DNA of 64,000 nt from Thermoplasmatales archaeon SW_10_69_26. GTDB lineage: Archaea; Thermoplasmatota; SW-10-69-26. The position numbers and the translations under genes were made by a program. Positions 1 to 10,396 of the stretch are shown here, in pieces (position 1 is the first letter of the stretch; each line of letters begins with the position of its first letter). Below the pieces are notes generated by a model that did not search any database, was not told the DNA's origin, and worked only from the letters and a program-made list of their open reading frames with translations. Location: NCBI GenBank assembly GCA_003009755.1, contig PXUB01000036.1:1-64000 (forward strand). The letters run 5' to 3'.

Positions 1-412
1 GACACAACTACAGACCCTCGCCCGAAGGGCATTTCGAGGTCGACGGCGACAACGCTTGCAACCCGCGGACGTGGGGAATCTCGCGTCGTCACCGGCCTGA
101 GGGCGGCCCCGCCGTGAGGGGGGGGTCACGGAGACCGCTCCCCCCCCCCGATTTGGTGAACATTTCCTGGCCAACCGCTCGTAGGGGGAGACCGTGGGAC
201 CGGAAATGGTCTGGTGCGCCGGTCTGCGGCGGGCAATCTCGTTGTCGCCCCCTGAGATCTCGCCCGTCCGGGCGGTCTCAGGCACGCCCGACTCTCTGAT
301 CCGGGCAGTGTCCGTCGACAACCCTCGAGGGTTGGTTTCCGCGGGCTCGGCGACCGTGCCACGCTCCCGAGACCGGCGCGAGAGCCTAAGCAAAACAAGA
401 CCGGCAGTCTAG
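1..412 (-). mobile_element. TIR-bounded non-coding element, copy 1 (L end at 412; R end outside the window)
   Basis: 378-412 reverse-complements to CTAGACTGCCGGTCTTGTTTTGCTTAGGCTCTCGC. 328-412 matches 10813-10894, 44-325 matches 11717-12057 in inverted orientation, and about 20-58 matches 48152-48190. Confidence 0.8.
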
Positions 413-616
413 CCGGCGTCGATCCCCGTTTCGCCTGGTGGGTCGCCGTCGGCGATCTCGGACACCCCTTCGACACGCGCGGCCGGCAGCTGGTCGAAGC
501 GCTGGCCTGGCCCTCCGAGCCCTCGAGACATCGGACGTTTCGTTCGGGTCCTGAACGGGCACCCGACCCGCTCGACCGGCGTCAAGCCCAAGTAGTGCCA
601 ACCTCACACACCGTCG

Positions 617-2197
617 ATGCGACGCGCGCTGGCCCTTGCCCTGCTCATGGTCGCCGGAGCCTTCACCGGATGCGTGGGCACCGACGGTGACGTCCGGCGG
701 GCCTCGACCGACGAGGAGCCCGACGACATCCTGTGGTCGAGCCAAGCCCTCGAGGACGGCCACGACCACACCGACCGCGACGCTCACGCGAATCTGACGA
801 CCGAGAACTTCGAGACGATCGGGCACGACCCGCTCGTGACCGAGGCCGAGGGCACCTCGCCCGGCGGGTCCTCGTGCGCGGACGTGAACGAGCCCGACGA
901 GGGCGAGCGCATCGGCGCCCAGAAGGCCGCCGACAGCCGCGGCATCGTGATCACGGACCTCTCCGACCCGACCGATCCCAAGATGATCGGCGAGCTGTGG
1001 CTGACGTTCACGCTGATCTACGACGTCGCGGTGACGCCCGAGGGCAACGTCGGCCTGGTCACCTCCTACCCCCAGCAAAGCCCGGCGCCGGCGGCCGACG
1101 TCGCCGCCGATCAGCCGCTGGGCTACTTCCAGCCCTGCGGCGGCGAGCCGATCGAGATCACGCAGACCGACCACCAGGACCCGGTCCCCCGCCCGGTCAG
1201 CCTGCTCTTGGTCGACCTCTCCGACCCGTCCGAGCCGCAGATCGCCGACCAGCGACCGATGGCCGGCCTGGGCCACAGCGTCTTCTCGGAGGACGTCGGC
1301 GAGCGGGACTGGCTCGTCGGCGTCACCGAGTCGCTGGTACACGGCGGCCGCCAGTACTACTTCACCCAGATCGCCGAGGGGCCCCAGGGTCCGACGATCG
1401 AGCCGCTGTCGACCTACGTCGCCGAGCCCAACCCCGACCACGCCGACTACCTCGGCGGTCACACCGACGCCTGGATCCAAGAGCACCCGCAGACGGGTCA
1501 GCTCGTCGGCTACCTCTCGGCCGGCCCGCAGATCGAGCTCGTCGACCTCTCGAACCCGCGCGCCCCCCAACAGCTGTCGACCTGGACCGACATCGGGCCC
1601 GAGGACCCCGGCGTCCACAACCTGCACTCGCTGGAGCCCTACGAGCAGCTGGTCAACGGGACGCACTACACGACCGTGGGCCCCGAGCTGGGCAGCCCTG
1701 CCGACTACGCGCCGACCGGCGTCGTCTGGGTGCTCGACACGACCGACCCCGAGGACCCGAAGCCGGTGGCCGCGTGGACGCTACCGGACGAGGTGACCTG
1801 GGAGGGCCGCCTGCAGTTCTCGCCGCACTACATGGACAAGCACGACGACACGCTGTTCATCTCGATGTACCACGGCGGCGTGTGGGCCGTGGACCTCTCC
1901 GACGTGCCCGAGGGCAGCCCCGAGGACGTCCAGATGCTGGACTCGGCCGGCGTCTACGTGCCCGCGAAGGAAGCCCCGCTGCCGGACTCGTCGTACAGCT
2001 ACTCGTGGATCCCGAACCTCGAGGAGGTGTTCGTGGTCGACGAGGACGAGCCCACGCTCGTCACCTTCGACGCGAACACGGGCGTCTACTCGTTCACCTA
2101 CGACGACGAGGTCGAGGTCCCCACACCCGAGCCCTACGATCTCGACCCGGCCGAGCTGTTGCCCGGCGGCGGGTCCGCCCCGACCCAGGCCTCCTAG
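617..2197 (+). CDS. Secreted lipoprotein, LVIVD-repeat beta-propeller-like
   Basis: Lipobox (AFTGC) and recurrent xxxDLSDP/NP motifs; acidic, 526 aa. Confidence 0.75.
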   Translation: MRRALALALLMVAGAFTGCVGTDGDVRRASTDEEPDDILWSSQALEDGHDHTDRDAHANLTTENFETIGHDPLVTEAEGTSPGGSSCADVNEPDEGERIGAQKAADSRGIVITDLSDPTDPKMIGELWLTFTLIYDVAVTPEGNVGLVTSYPQQSPAPAADVAADQPLGYFQPCGGEPIEITQTDHQDPVPRPVSLLLVDLSDPSEPQIADQRPMAGLGHSVFSEDVGERDWLVGVTESLVHGGRQYYFTQIAEGPQGPTIEPLSTYVAEPNPDHADYLGGHTDAWIQEHPQTGQLVGYLSAGPQIELVDLSNPRAPQQLSTWTDIGPEDPGVHNLHSLEPYEQLVNGTHYTTVGPELGSPADYAPTGVVWVLDTTDPEDPKPVAAWTLPDEVTWEGRLQFSPHYMDKHDDTLFISMYHGGVWAVDLSDVPEGSPEDVQMLDSAGVYVPAKEAPLPDSSYSYSWIPNLEEVFVVDEDEPTLVTFDANTGVYSFTYDDEVEVPTPEPYDLDPAELLPGGGSAPTQAS

Positions 2198-2528
2198 TTC
2201 ACGCGTCCACGGACGCGCTGGGTCCCCAGCGGGCGTAGGCCAAGGCCCCGGCGAGCACCCGAGCAGGTTGTCGTACAGGTCCAGCGCGTGGTTCGAAGAC
2301 GACCAGAACCGGCGAGGGCTCGACCAGGCGCGGGGCCGGCAGCGGCGCGGCCACCGACGCGACCGCGGCCGGGTCTCGTCACCGGGGGCGTGCTCGCCTG
2401 GTCGATCGTGAGCGGGGGGTCACCGGGCGATCCCGGGATCGGCGACACGGTAACCGTCGAGCAGGTCTGAGCCTCGGGCCCCTGGCCCGGGCGAGCCTGC
2501 CGGCAGCCGAGTTGGCTCGCCGTGGGGG

Positions 2529-4331
2529 CTACTCGGCCGGCGAGGCGAAGGTGTCCTCCTCGCTGACGGTGAACGTCTGCATCGTCAGCGGGGAGACGTC
2601 GGCGCCGACGTGCAGCTGGACCGGCGCCGGCGCGCTCGTGCTGACGCGGTCGGCGTGGCCGCCCTCGGTGACGACGAGCACCAGCTGGGCGCCCTCGGGC
2701 ACGACGGCGTCCAGCGGCTCGAACTGCATCTTCGCCGTGACGCGTTCGCCGGGCACGACCGGCTGGGCTTGGTCGCCGCCGTCGTGGAAGCGCAGGTCCA
2801 TCGACGTCCAGCCCAGCCGCGTGTACTCGCCGCCCTCTTGAGCGTAGAGGAACGCGGAGAGGTAGCCGCCGGGACCGGTCGGGGTCACGTCGGCGTGGAA
2901 CGTGGGCGTGCCGGCGAAGCGCACCGGCTCGTCGAGCTCCCCTGTGCGGAACTCGGCGCAGCCCTCGCAGGGGATCTGGGAGGCCGCGTCGCCCTGGTAG
3001 GCGAGCGGCTGGTTGGAGGCCGGCGAGGCGCTGGGTCCCACGGTGACCGTGCCCTCGTCGGTGTCGTTGGCCTCGGCCAGCTCGCCCTCGGCCGTCGGGT
3101 GGAGGGTCCGCTCGGTGGCGTTCTGCGGCGGCCAGTGGTCGCCCGACCGCCACTGCCCGGTGCTGTCCTGCACCTGCACCTTGGGGCCGAGGTCCACGTC
3201 CTCGCCCTTGAGCTCGCTGTCGAACCAGTGCAACAGGACCTCGGCGAAGTCCACGCGCCGGGTCGGCTGGTCGAGGTAGTCGCCGTCGGGCCAGGCGTGG
3301 AACCACTGACCCAGCCAGTACTTCACCTTGAGATCCTGCTCGTGGTCGAGCCGATCGTGGACCCAGGGCATCGCGTGCCCGGGATCGACGTTCCAGTCCT
3401 GGAGCCCGTGGACGAGGAAGATGGAGCCGTTGTAGTTCTCCTCGACGAGGGGTCGCATGTTGCGTTCGGCCCAGTACCCCGTCGGGTCGCGCTCGCCGGT
3501 GGCCGTGCTGTGCAGCGAGGCGGCCAGGCCCCGTTTGGCCTCGGGGCAAAGCGCGCCGTCGATCGTGCGCTCCGCGCTGCGGCCCTCGGTGGGGTTGTCG
3601 ATCCCGAACCCGTAGGCGTAGTACGCGCCGTTGAGCACGGCGGCGCCGCGGGACTCGGCCGACCCGTTGGTGTACATCAGCTGGAAGGGGTCGTTGACGC
3701 CGCTGATCGGGACGATCGTCGCCAGGTGCTCGTTGCCCTCGGCGGCCACCTCCCAGGGCGTGGAGCCGTCGTAGCTGACGCCCAGCATGCCGACGTTGCC
3801 GTTCGACCAGTCCTGCTCGCCCAGCCACGTGACGGCCTGGGACACGTCCGAGCGCTCGACGGGACCCATGAGGTGGCTGCAGCCGCCCGAGTCGCCGGTG
3901 CCGCGCACCGCGACGAACGCGACGGCGTAGCCGTGGTGGACGAAGTTCTCGGTCAGCCGGGGGCGCAGCTCGAGCAGGTCTTGCCCGTGGATCGGGTTCA
4001 GGTAGGGGCTGGCGAACGCGACCACGGGCACCTGCTCGTCCTCGGCGACGTCCGGCTTGACGACGCCGATCTCGATCGCCTTGCCGTCCACCTGGGACTC
4101 GAGGTACATCGCGCCCGTCTCGCCGGCCTCGAAGGGTCCCTCCTCGAGCGTCAACGAGTACGGTTCGTCGGTGACGTACTCGCCCTCGAAGACGTGGGTG
4201 TCCGTGAACCCGGTCGTCGGTTCGTCCTCGACGGCGTCCGACGCGCTCGTCGGGGAGAGATCCTCCATCGCTCCGATGCAGCCCGTCAGTCCCGTCGTCA
4301 CCAACAGGACCGCCACGACAGCCTCGCGCAT
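2529..4331 (-). CDS. CocE/NonD (peptidase S15-like) alpha/beta hydrolase lipoprotein
   Basis: Lipobox LTGC, VRGTGDSGG, nucleophile motif GVSYDG, HGLQDWNV, C-terminal PepX-like domain. Confidence 0.85.
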   Translation of the reverse strand: MREAVVAVLLVTTGLTGCIGAMEDLSPTSASDAVEDEPTTGFTDTHVFEGEYVTDEPYSLTLEEGPFEAGETGAMYLESQVDGKAIEIGVVKPDVAEDEQVPVVAFASPYLNPIHGQDLLELRPRLTENFVHHGYAVAFVAVRGTGDSGGCSHLMGPVERSDVSQAVTWLGEQDWSNGNVGMLGVSYDGSTPWEVAAEGNEHLATIVPISGVNDPFQLMYTNGSAESRGAAVLNGAYYAYGFGIDNPTEGRSAERTIDGALCPEAKRGLAASLHSTATGERDPTGYWAERNMRPLVEENYNGSIFLVHGLQDWNVDPGHAMPWVHDRLDHEQDLKVKYWLGQWFHAWPDGDYLDQPTRRVDFAEVLLHWFDSELKGEDVDLGPKVQVQDSTGQWRSGDHWPPQNATERTLHPTAEGELAEANDTDEGTVTVGPSASPASNQPLAYQGDAASQIPCEGCAEFRTGELDEPVRFAGTPTFHADVTPTGPGGYLSAFLYAQEGGEYTRLGWTSMDLRFHDGGDQAQPVVPGERVTAKMQFEPLDAVVPEGAQLVLVVTEGGHADRVSTSAPAPVQLHVGADVSPLTMQTFTVSEEDTFASPAE

Positions 4332-4402
4332 CGGGCCGATAGGGAACGTGGAGCCCTATCAAGGTGAGGGTGGACCGGCGACGGTGTCGGTGAGCTGCTG
4401 GC

Positions 4403-4543
4403 TCAGTCGTGGCAGCTGTGCCGCCAACCGCAGTTGGGGCACCGCTTCTCGCAGCGGGTGATCGTCGTGGTGAAGTCCAGCCCGCACGACCAGCAGTGGG
4501 CGGTCAGCGTGCGCACGCGCAGGCCAGGCCCGCCGACCGGCAT
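4403..4543 (-). CDS. Small CPxCG-type zinc-finger protein (46 aa)
   Basis: CWSCG...CEKRCPNCGWRHSCHD, typical of archaeal one-domain zinc-finger microproteins. Confidence 0.65.
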   Translation of the reverse strand: MPVGGPGLRVRTLTAHCWSCGLDFTTTITRCEKRCPNCGWRHSCHD

Positions 4544-4682
4544 GAAGCTGGCGCCTCGCGGCCGCGCGTGACGGCCTGGCAGGAAGTTCGACGGGCGCCC
4601 CAATCGAGCCTCGCGGAGCATCGACGGCCCGCGAAACGCCGAACACCAACGTTTTCACATCTCGAGGGCTCGCCCCAGCGCG

Positions 4683-5471
4683 ATGGAGACCGCCGACGTC
4701 GACGCGAGGCTGCGCTCCCGCATCCTCGCCCACCTCGAGGAGGCCGCGTGGATCGAGAAGAGCCTGTACGTGATCGGCTGGGCGCTGCTCACCGCCGCGC
4801 TCGCCCAGATCCGCTTCTACGCGCCGTGGAACCCCTTCGTCCCCTACTCCGGCCAAGTGCTGGGCGTCGTCGGGGCGGGCCTGGTGCTCGGTCCCTGGAT
4901 GGGGTACGCCTCGATGTACGTCTACCTCCTGCTCGGCGCCCTCGGCGCCCCCGTGTTCGCGGACTTCGGCGCCGGCGTCGACGTGTTGCTCGGGGCCACG
5001 GCCGGCTACCTCTACGCGTTCCCCCTCGCCGCCGGACTCGCCGGCTCCCTGTCCCGCCGCTACCTCGACCGGCCCGGCGAGGAGACGATGGCCCGCCTGG
5101 GCGTGCTCGCCCTGGCCGGCTACCTCGTCCTGTTCGGGTTCGGCGTCGGCCTGCTCGGCGTGAGCGGCCTCTTGGCCACCGAGGGCCTGGGCCGCACCGT
5201 GCTCGTCTCCAGCGCGCTCGTGTGCGGCGTCGCGGGCCTCCTTTGGTACTGGTCCCGCGAGGAGTCGACCGCGTTCCTGGCCCGCATGGCGACCGGGCTC
5301 GTCGGCGTGCTCGCGATCTACGGGCTCGGCTGGGTCGGCCTGGCCACCGTCACCGGCATGGGCTGGGGCCCGGCCCTGGCCCAAGGCGTGGTCCAGTTCG
5401 TGCCCGTCGACCTCGCCAAGGTGTTCGTGGCCGCCGGCGCCAGCAGCCTCCTGTTGCCGCCGCGCTCCTGA
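4683..5471 (+). CDS. bioY: Biotin transporter BioY
   Basis: PFVPYSGQ, YLLLGALGAPVFA, GATAGYL, FVPVDLAK motifs; extra transmembrane insertion. Confidence 0.85.
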   Translation: METADVDARLRSRILAHLEEAAWIEKSLYVIGWALLTAALAQIRFYAPWNPFVPYSGQVLGVVGAGLVLGPWMGYASMYVYLLLGALGAPVFADFGAGVDVLLGATAGYLYAFPLAAGLAGSLSRRYLDRPGEETMARLGVLALAGYLVLFGFGVGLLGVSGLLATEGLGRTVLVSSALVCGVAGLLWYWSREESTAFLARMATGLVGVLAIYGLGWVGLATVTGMGWGPALAQGVVQFVPVDLAKVFVAAGASSLLLPPRS

Positions 5472-5546
5472 CGAGCTCGCGAGGTGCATGTTCGCCCGCG
5501 CCAACACCCATCACGCGGGGCCGAGCAAGCCTCGCCGGTGACCACC

Positions 5547-5935
5547 ATGCCCGCGGAACCCGAACAGATCGCCGTCGTCGGCGAGGCCCGCGGGGAGATC
5601 CTCGAGCCGGGCGAGCAGACGCGATCCCGCCGGAGGAGACCGAGGAGCTGCTCGTGGAGCTCGGGTGCGACAACTGCGGCGAGACCGGCACCTAGGCAGG
5701 CAAGCTCGTGTCGGAGAGCAACCAGCGGATGCACAGCAACGTCACGGCCGATTGCCACCACTGCGGCCACCACCTGGCGGCGACGGTGAACCTGCAGAAG
5801 GACCCCGTCCAGGGCGGCCTCAACGTGGTCGACGTACAGCCGCCTCAGGGTGGCTCCTACATCCACGGCCCGTACTTCGCGAACAAGGTCGAGGGCGTGG
5901 ACGAGGGGGGAACGCCGACCGGTCGCCCGACGTGA
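5547..5935 (+). pseudogene. Disrupted Zn-ribbon protein (CDNC...CHHC)
   Basis: ATG at 5547, frameshift near 5620, in-frame TAG at 5693-5695 between the two CxxC pairs, then the same frame continues to 5935. Confidence 0.5.
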
Positions 5936-5939
5936 GCTT

Positions 5940-6530
5940 TCAGGCCGAGCCGATCGGCCGCCGGCGCAGGTACACCCGAGCCCCCAGCCCGACGAGGGCG
6001 AGGCCGACGAGCCCCGCGTAGGCGATCGCCGTCCACTCCGAGCCGGCCCAGGCTCCGGTCGGGCCGCCAAGCGTACCCGACGTCGAGGGGCCAGGGTCGA
6101 CCAGGAACAGCTCGTAGATGGCGAGCGCAGCCGAGGCCAGGAACGCGGTCAACGTCCCGAGGTCGACGACGAGCTCGAGCTTGTCGCGGTCGACGAGCGC
6201 CTGGCCGGGCCCGGTGAGGCTGTAGTACACCCACAACCGGTCCTCGTCCTCGTGGCGTTCGACGAAGCCGTCGGTGACGAGATCCTGCAGGTAGCCGTGC
6301 ACGGTGCTCTTGTTGAGCTCGAGCTCGCGGGCGAGCTCGCTGGCGGTCCGTCGGGTGCCGTGCAGGGCTTTGAGGACGCGCAGCCGGCTTTCGGAGACGT
6401 CGACGAGCGACGTGTCGGCCACCGCCGTCGACCGCTCGCGATCGGCGTCGACGGGCGTCGAGCTGGAGCCGTTGTCCGGGCCGTCGGTCTCCGCGGCGGT
6501 CCCCTGGTCCGAGCGCGCCCCTTGGTCCAT
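5940..6530 (-). CDS. Membrane-anchored ArsR/winged-HTH transcriptional regulator
   Basis: SESRLRVLKAL...TASELARELELNKSTVHGYLQDL...WVYYSLT followed by two transmembrane helices. Start uncertain (6530 or 6554). Confidence 0.8.
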   Translation of the reverse strand: MDQGARSDQGTAAETDGPDNGSSSTPVDADRERSTAVADTSLVDVSESRLRVLKALHGTRRTASELARELELNKSTVHGYLQDLVTDGFVERHEDEDRLWVYYSLTGPGQALVDRDKLELVVDLGTLTAFLASAALAIYELFLVDPGPSTSGTLGGPTGAWAGSEWTAIAYAGLVGLALVGLGARVYLRRRPIGSA

Positions 6531-6692
6531 CCGAGCCCCTGTGAATCGTGCCATGGCTTCAATGTCGGGGTTCCGTTCGGTCCGAGCCAACCGCCGATCG
6601 GACCCACCGCTGGGCCATGGAAGAGAACAAGAAAGACACGGGGAGGCCGACTGGCCCCCTCACCGCCGGACGTGATGGGGGAACCTCTCGTT

Positions 6693-6925
6693 GGTTGATG
6701 ACGGTGTGTCAGCTTGCGGCCCACGGCACCCTCGCTGACGAATCTCAGCCCGAGGGATCGGGCCCGTTGACGCGAGGCGATCGACACCGTTCTCGAACCC
6801 ATCCGCGAGGAAGGCGCGGTGGTTGCACCGGTGGCCGACCACGTCTAGGTAGGCCTGCAAGGCCCCATCGCTCGCGTTCGCATGCGTGCCGTCGATCACA
6901 CGCTTGAGGTTGCCGAACAGGCTTC
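6693..6925 (-). mobile_element. IS1595-family transposase 3' remnant
   Basis: FGNLKRVIDGTHANASDGALQAYLDVVGHRCNHR resembles the IS1595 C-terminal NLKR..GT.H..S..HLQ.YLDE..YR.N.R motif; possible terminal IR GGTTGATG at 6693. Confidence 0.65.
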
Positions 6926-7734
6926 GTCGCCCTCGACCAGGCCGACGCGACACCGCTGGAGGAGAAATAGGCCTGTCCCGCCGGCTGGAACTCGGTGTTC
7001 CGCCCTTCCAGGCGGTCCCCAAGCGCGTCAACGAGGCTTCGCTGTTCGGTGGTCAGCTCCGCGGGTCTTCCCTCCCAGGTCTTCCTCCCTTCGCGCAGGA
7101 TGCCGATGCGGTCGCACAGGGTGGCGATCTCCTGGACGTCGTGGCTGGAGAGGAACACCGTCACGTGGCTGTTGCCTGTCAGGTTCTGGATGAGGTTCCA
7201 GGTCTCCCGCTTGGAGGGGATGTCGAGCTCGCGGGTGGGCTCGTCGAGGAACAACACGCGGGGGCCGTGGAGCAGGGCCCGTGCGATCTCGACCTTGCGC
7301 TTGTTGCCGCCGGACAGCTCCTGGATCGGCTGCTCGGCGTAGGGGTGGAGTTCGAGCACGTCGAACAGCTCGCGGGCCCGATCGTCCACCTCGTCCCGGT
7401 CGATCCCGTAGAGGCCCCCGAAGTGGCGCAGGTAGCGGATCAGCGAGAAGCCGGGTTCGGGAGTGATGTTCTCACCGAAGACGACGCCGACCTCGTGGGC
7501 GATCGCCGCGTGGTCGCTTCGCACGTCGTGGCCGAGCACGTAGGCTTGGCCCTCGGTCGGGGGCAGCGCGCCGGCGAGCATGCGCACGGTCGTCGTCTTG
7601 CCGGCGCCGTTGAGGCCCAGGCAGCCGTAGACCTCGCCTTGCGGGATCGCGAGGTCGAGCTGGCTGACGGCTTCGAGGTCGCCGAAGCGGCGCGTGAGCT
7701 GGACTGTTTGGATCGCGGGCGTGGCGTCTACCAT
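6745..7734 (-). CDS. ABC transporter ATP-binding protein (drug/peptide exporter type)
   Basis: GLNGAGKTT, LSGGNKRK, LFLDEP, SSH. The C-terminus runs on into the IS1595 remnant. Confidence 0.9.
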   Translation of the reverse strand: MVDATPAIQTVQLTRRFGDLEAVSQLDLAIPQGEVYGCLGLNGAGKTTTVRMLAGALPPTEGQAYVLGHDVRSDHAAIAHEVGVVFGENITPEPGFSLIRYLRHFGGLYGIDRDEVDDRARELFDVLELHPYAEQPIQELSGGNKRKVEIARALLHGPRVLFLDEPTRELDIPSKRETWNLIQNLTGNSHVTVFLSSHDVQEIATLCDRIGILREGRKTWEGRPAELTTEQRSLVDALGDRLEGRNTEFQPAGQAYFSSSGVASAWSRATKPVRQPQACDRRHACERERWGLAGLPRRGRPPVQPPRLPRGWVRERCRSPRVNGPDPSG

Positions 7735-9050
7735 CGGTTCCACCTCCGGGGGCCGAAAACGAACAGGCAGGCGGTGAGCAGGACTGGGAGGAGGGTCGCG
7801 GGGAGGACGCCGGCGGCGGGCGTGGCCCAGTCGGTGGCGTCGGCCTCCGTCCGCGCGTGCACGGTTTCGCGTTCGAACGATGCTGTGGCCACGATCGGGA
7901 CCCCGCTGGCGACACGCGTGGGGTGACCCGTGGCCGTCGTCTCCACCTGGGCGAAACCCGTCTCGGCCTCGGGGTCGGCGGGTTCGTCGAGACGGATCTC
8001 GGCCGGGGTCGCCAGGTCGTGGTCGAGGGCCAGGTGCGGACTGGCGAGCTCGAGCTCCTCGAGCGTGAGGGAACGGTTGATCGGCCCGGTGATGCGGAGC
8101 TCGATCTCCAATGGCGTCGAGCGGTCCCATCGGTCCCTAGCAGCGGCGTCGAGTTGCAGGCGCAGCTCCCCGCCGGGATCACTTCGAGGACCGGGTTCGA
8201 GGAGCGGGGCGGGAAGGGACACGGTGGCAAGGGTGAGCAACAGGCCCGCGAGGCCGACACCCAGCCAGGCGCTGGCGGCCCAGGGCAGGCCGAGGAGGCG
8301 ATCATGGCCGCCCTGACGCGTCCCGAGGACGAGGGCGGCCGTGGTCACCAGCAGGAAGCCGACGAGCGCGAGCAGCGAGGCGAGGGCGGTAACGTGGTTG
8401 CCTTGGGGGCCGAGGGCGGTGGCGTGCTGGGTTTGGAAGGCCCAGGCGATCGGGTCGGCTTTCACGATGATCTCGGTGACGAAGGCTTGCGGGCCCTCGT
8501 CGGCGAGGCCGAGCAGGCGGTGGCGCTGGTCGGCGACCAACAGCCAGGCCAGCACGATCGCGCTTCCCACCGAGAGGGCGCCGGTCGAGGAGCCCCCGTG
8601 GAGGTGGCCTACCAGCACGCCCACGAGCAAGCTCGCGATTCCCACGACCAGGGCCCAGGCGGCCAGGCCCAGGCTGGCCGCGAAGGCTCCCTCGGCGACG
8701 GGCTCGGTCAACGCGTACAGGGCCGGCAGGGCGAGCAAGACGGCGGCCGAGAGGAGGATCAGGAACGCGGCCAGGCGGCCGGCGAGGGCTTCGGCGGGGG
8801 AAAGCGGGGAGCTGGCCTCGACCCGGTTCATGCCTTGCTCGCGGTCGCTGGTCACGCGGGCGGCGGCTAGCGGGCACGTCAGGGCGGGAAGGACGAGGAA
8901 CACAGGGTAGGTGAAGACGCGGGCGCCGGCCTCGGCCAGGGCGAAGAGCCCCGCCGCGGCGGCGATCGCCGCGAAGGCGGCCAGGCTGGCGAGGTTCGTT
9001 CGGTGCGTCAGCTCGCGTCGGAGCGCCGCGAGGAGCCGGCGGTGGTTCAC
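7728..9050 (-). CDS. ABC-2 type permease-like membrane protein with extracellular domain
   Basis: Multiple transmembrane helices, VTSDREQG..SSPLS motif; overlaps both neighbours; ends RWNRW. Confidence 0.7.
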   Translation of the reverse strand: MNHRRLLAALRRELTHRTNLASLAAFAAIAAAAGLFALAEAGARVFTYPVFLVLPALTCPLAAARVTSDREQGMNRVEASSPLSPAEALAGRLAAFLILLSAAVLLALPALYALTEPVAEGAFAASLGLAAWALVVGIASLLVGVLVGHLHGGSSTGALSVGSAIVLAWLLVADQRHRLLGLADEGPQAFVTEIIVKADPIAWAFQTQHATALGPQGNHVTALASLLALVGFLLVTTAALVLGTRQGGHDRLLGLPWAASAWLGVGLAGLLLTLATVSLPAPLLEPGPRSDPGGELRLQLDAAARDRWDRSTPLEIELRITGPINRSLTLEELELASPHLALDHDLATPAEIRLDEPADPEAETGFAQVETTATGHPTRVASGVPIVATASFERETVHARTEADATDWATPAAGVLPATLLPVLLTACLFVFGPRRWNRW

Positions 9051-10396
9051 CACCGGTTCCACCTCGCGGGAAGCCGATGGGTTGCGAGGACGAGGGCTGA
9101 CACGGTGACCAGGGAGGTGAGCGTGGTGCGAGCGGTGTCGGTCTCCCATTCGAGCGCGGAGAAGGAGAGATCGAAGGAGGCGGGGTTTCCGTCGGCTTGG
9201 AGGCTGAGTTCGGCGGGGGTGAGCGCGAAGAGTTCCTGCGGGTGGGCGGTGTAGCTGAGGGTGAGGGAGGCTCGACCGGCGGGACCGCCGCTCTCGTTCC
9301 ACTTCTTGTTCCGGTCCGGCCCGACCTCGTTCAGATGGATGGCACGGTCTGTGGGCCCTTGAGGTTCGAGATGGAGGGTTTCAGCTTCGAGCTGGATGTT
9401 GGTGAGCTCGACGGTCGCATTTGGGGGGCCCACCACCGTGATGTGGGCCTCGACGGGCTGGCCGTCGCTCCAGGCCGGAGGTGGGAAGCCGACCTCGTGT
9501 GCGGAGACGCTCCAGTACAGACCGGCCTGCGTGGTTTCCACCGGCTGGGGTGGGCTCTCATCGGTGGTGGTGTCCTCGGGGATCGGCCAGAGGCCGAGGC
9601 CAAGCGCCCCGGCGGCCAGGATGCCGACCGTCAAGCCCACGGCGCCCGGTCGACGGGACAGGGGCTGGATCCATCCTCCCTCGTCCTGCAACCAGAGCGA
9701 GATCGGAATCATCAGCGACAGTGACAAGGCCGCGATGCCCAACGGCCCCAAGAGCAGGGCCGGGGGGCCGGTGGGGACGGGCACCGAGACCCACATGTAG
9801 TCGACGTAGGTGAACGGGCTGAACTTGCCGAGGAACGCGACGATGGGTCCGGGGGCGCCGGCGCTGTTGTAGATGGCGCCCAAGAGGAACCAAAGCGGCG
9901 GAACGCCGAAGGCGAGCGCGAGACCCAGGAGCGGCCGTTGGGGGGTTAGGTGGGCCAGCAGGAGGCCGGTGGCTGCGGCGGCGGCTGCGATGGCGAGGGC
10001 CCAGGAGAGGTGGGGGAGGAGGGCGGTGAAGGCGCCGGGGGCGGACGGCGGGGCCAGTCCGTAGAGGACCGGCGTCGTGGCCACGATGGCCAGCGCCGGG
10101 GCGGCCATGGTGGCGGTTGCCTGGGCCAGGAGCCGTTCGGATCGGAGGTGGGGGCTGGTTTCGAGGACTTGCGTGGTGGCTTGCCGTCGATCCTGTGTGA
10201 TGCGGTAGGCCGCGTACGGGCTGGCAAGCATCGGGAGAAGGTAGTAGGTGAAGAAAACAGGAGCTTCCAGTCCTCCGCCTTGCAGCCAGGCAAGCACGGT
10301 GGCGACGACGGCGGTGGCCGTGGCGAGCTTCAGGGTGGCGGACCGGGCCAGGTGCCGTCGCGTCTCGCATGCGACCCTACGGAGTGAGCTCCTCAT
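9047..10396 (-). CDS. ABC-2 type permease-like membrane protein (paralog of 7728-9050)
   Basis: ITQDRRQ..TSP motif, same architecture and RWNRW C-terminus. Confidence 0.7.
   Translation of the reverse strand: MRSSLRRVACETRRHLARSATLKLATATAVVATVLAWLQGGGLEAPVFFTYYLLPMLASPYAAYRITQDRRQATTQVLETSPHLRSERLLAQATATMAAPALAIVATTPVLYGLAPPSAPGAFTALLPHLSWALAIAAAAAATGLLLAHLTPQRPLLGLALAFGVPPLWFLLGAIYNSAGAPGPIVAFLGKFSPFTYVDYMWVSVPVPTGPPALLLGPLGIAALSLSLMIPISLWLQDEGGWIQPLSRRPGAVGLTVGILAAGALGLGLWPIPEDTTTDESPPQPVETTQAGLYWSVSAHEVGFPPPAWSDGQPVEAHITVVGPPNATVELTNIQLEAETLHLEPQGPTDRAIHLNEVGPDRNKKWNESGGPAGRASLTLSYTAHPQELFALTPAELSLQADGNPASFDLSFSALEWETDTARTTLTSLVTVSALVLATHRLPARWNRW

Noticed and set aside
44-325. Core as RNase P RNA, SRP RNA or a cobalamin riboswitch
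   Set aside because: The hallmark motifs (GAGGAAAGUCC, SRP helix 8, B12 box) were not found, and the sequence is multi-copy inside TIRs.
5693-5695. In-frame TAG as pyrrolysine or read-through
   Set aside because: The same gene also has a frameshift, TAG is used as a normal stop throughout the window, and no pyl genes are visible.
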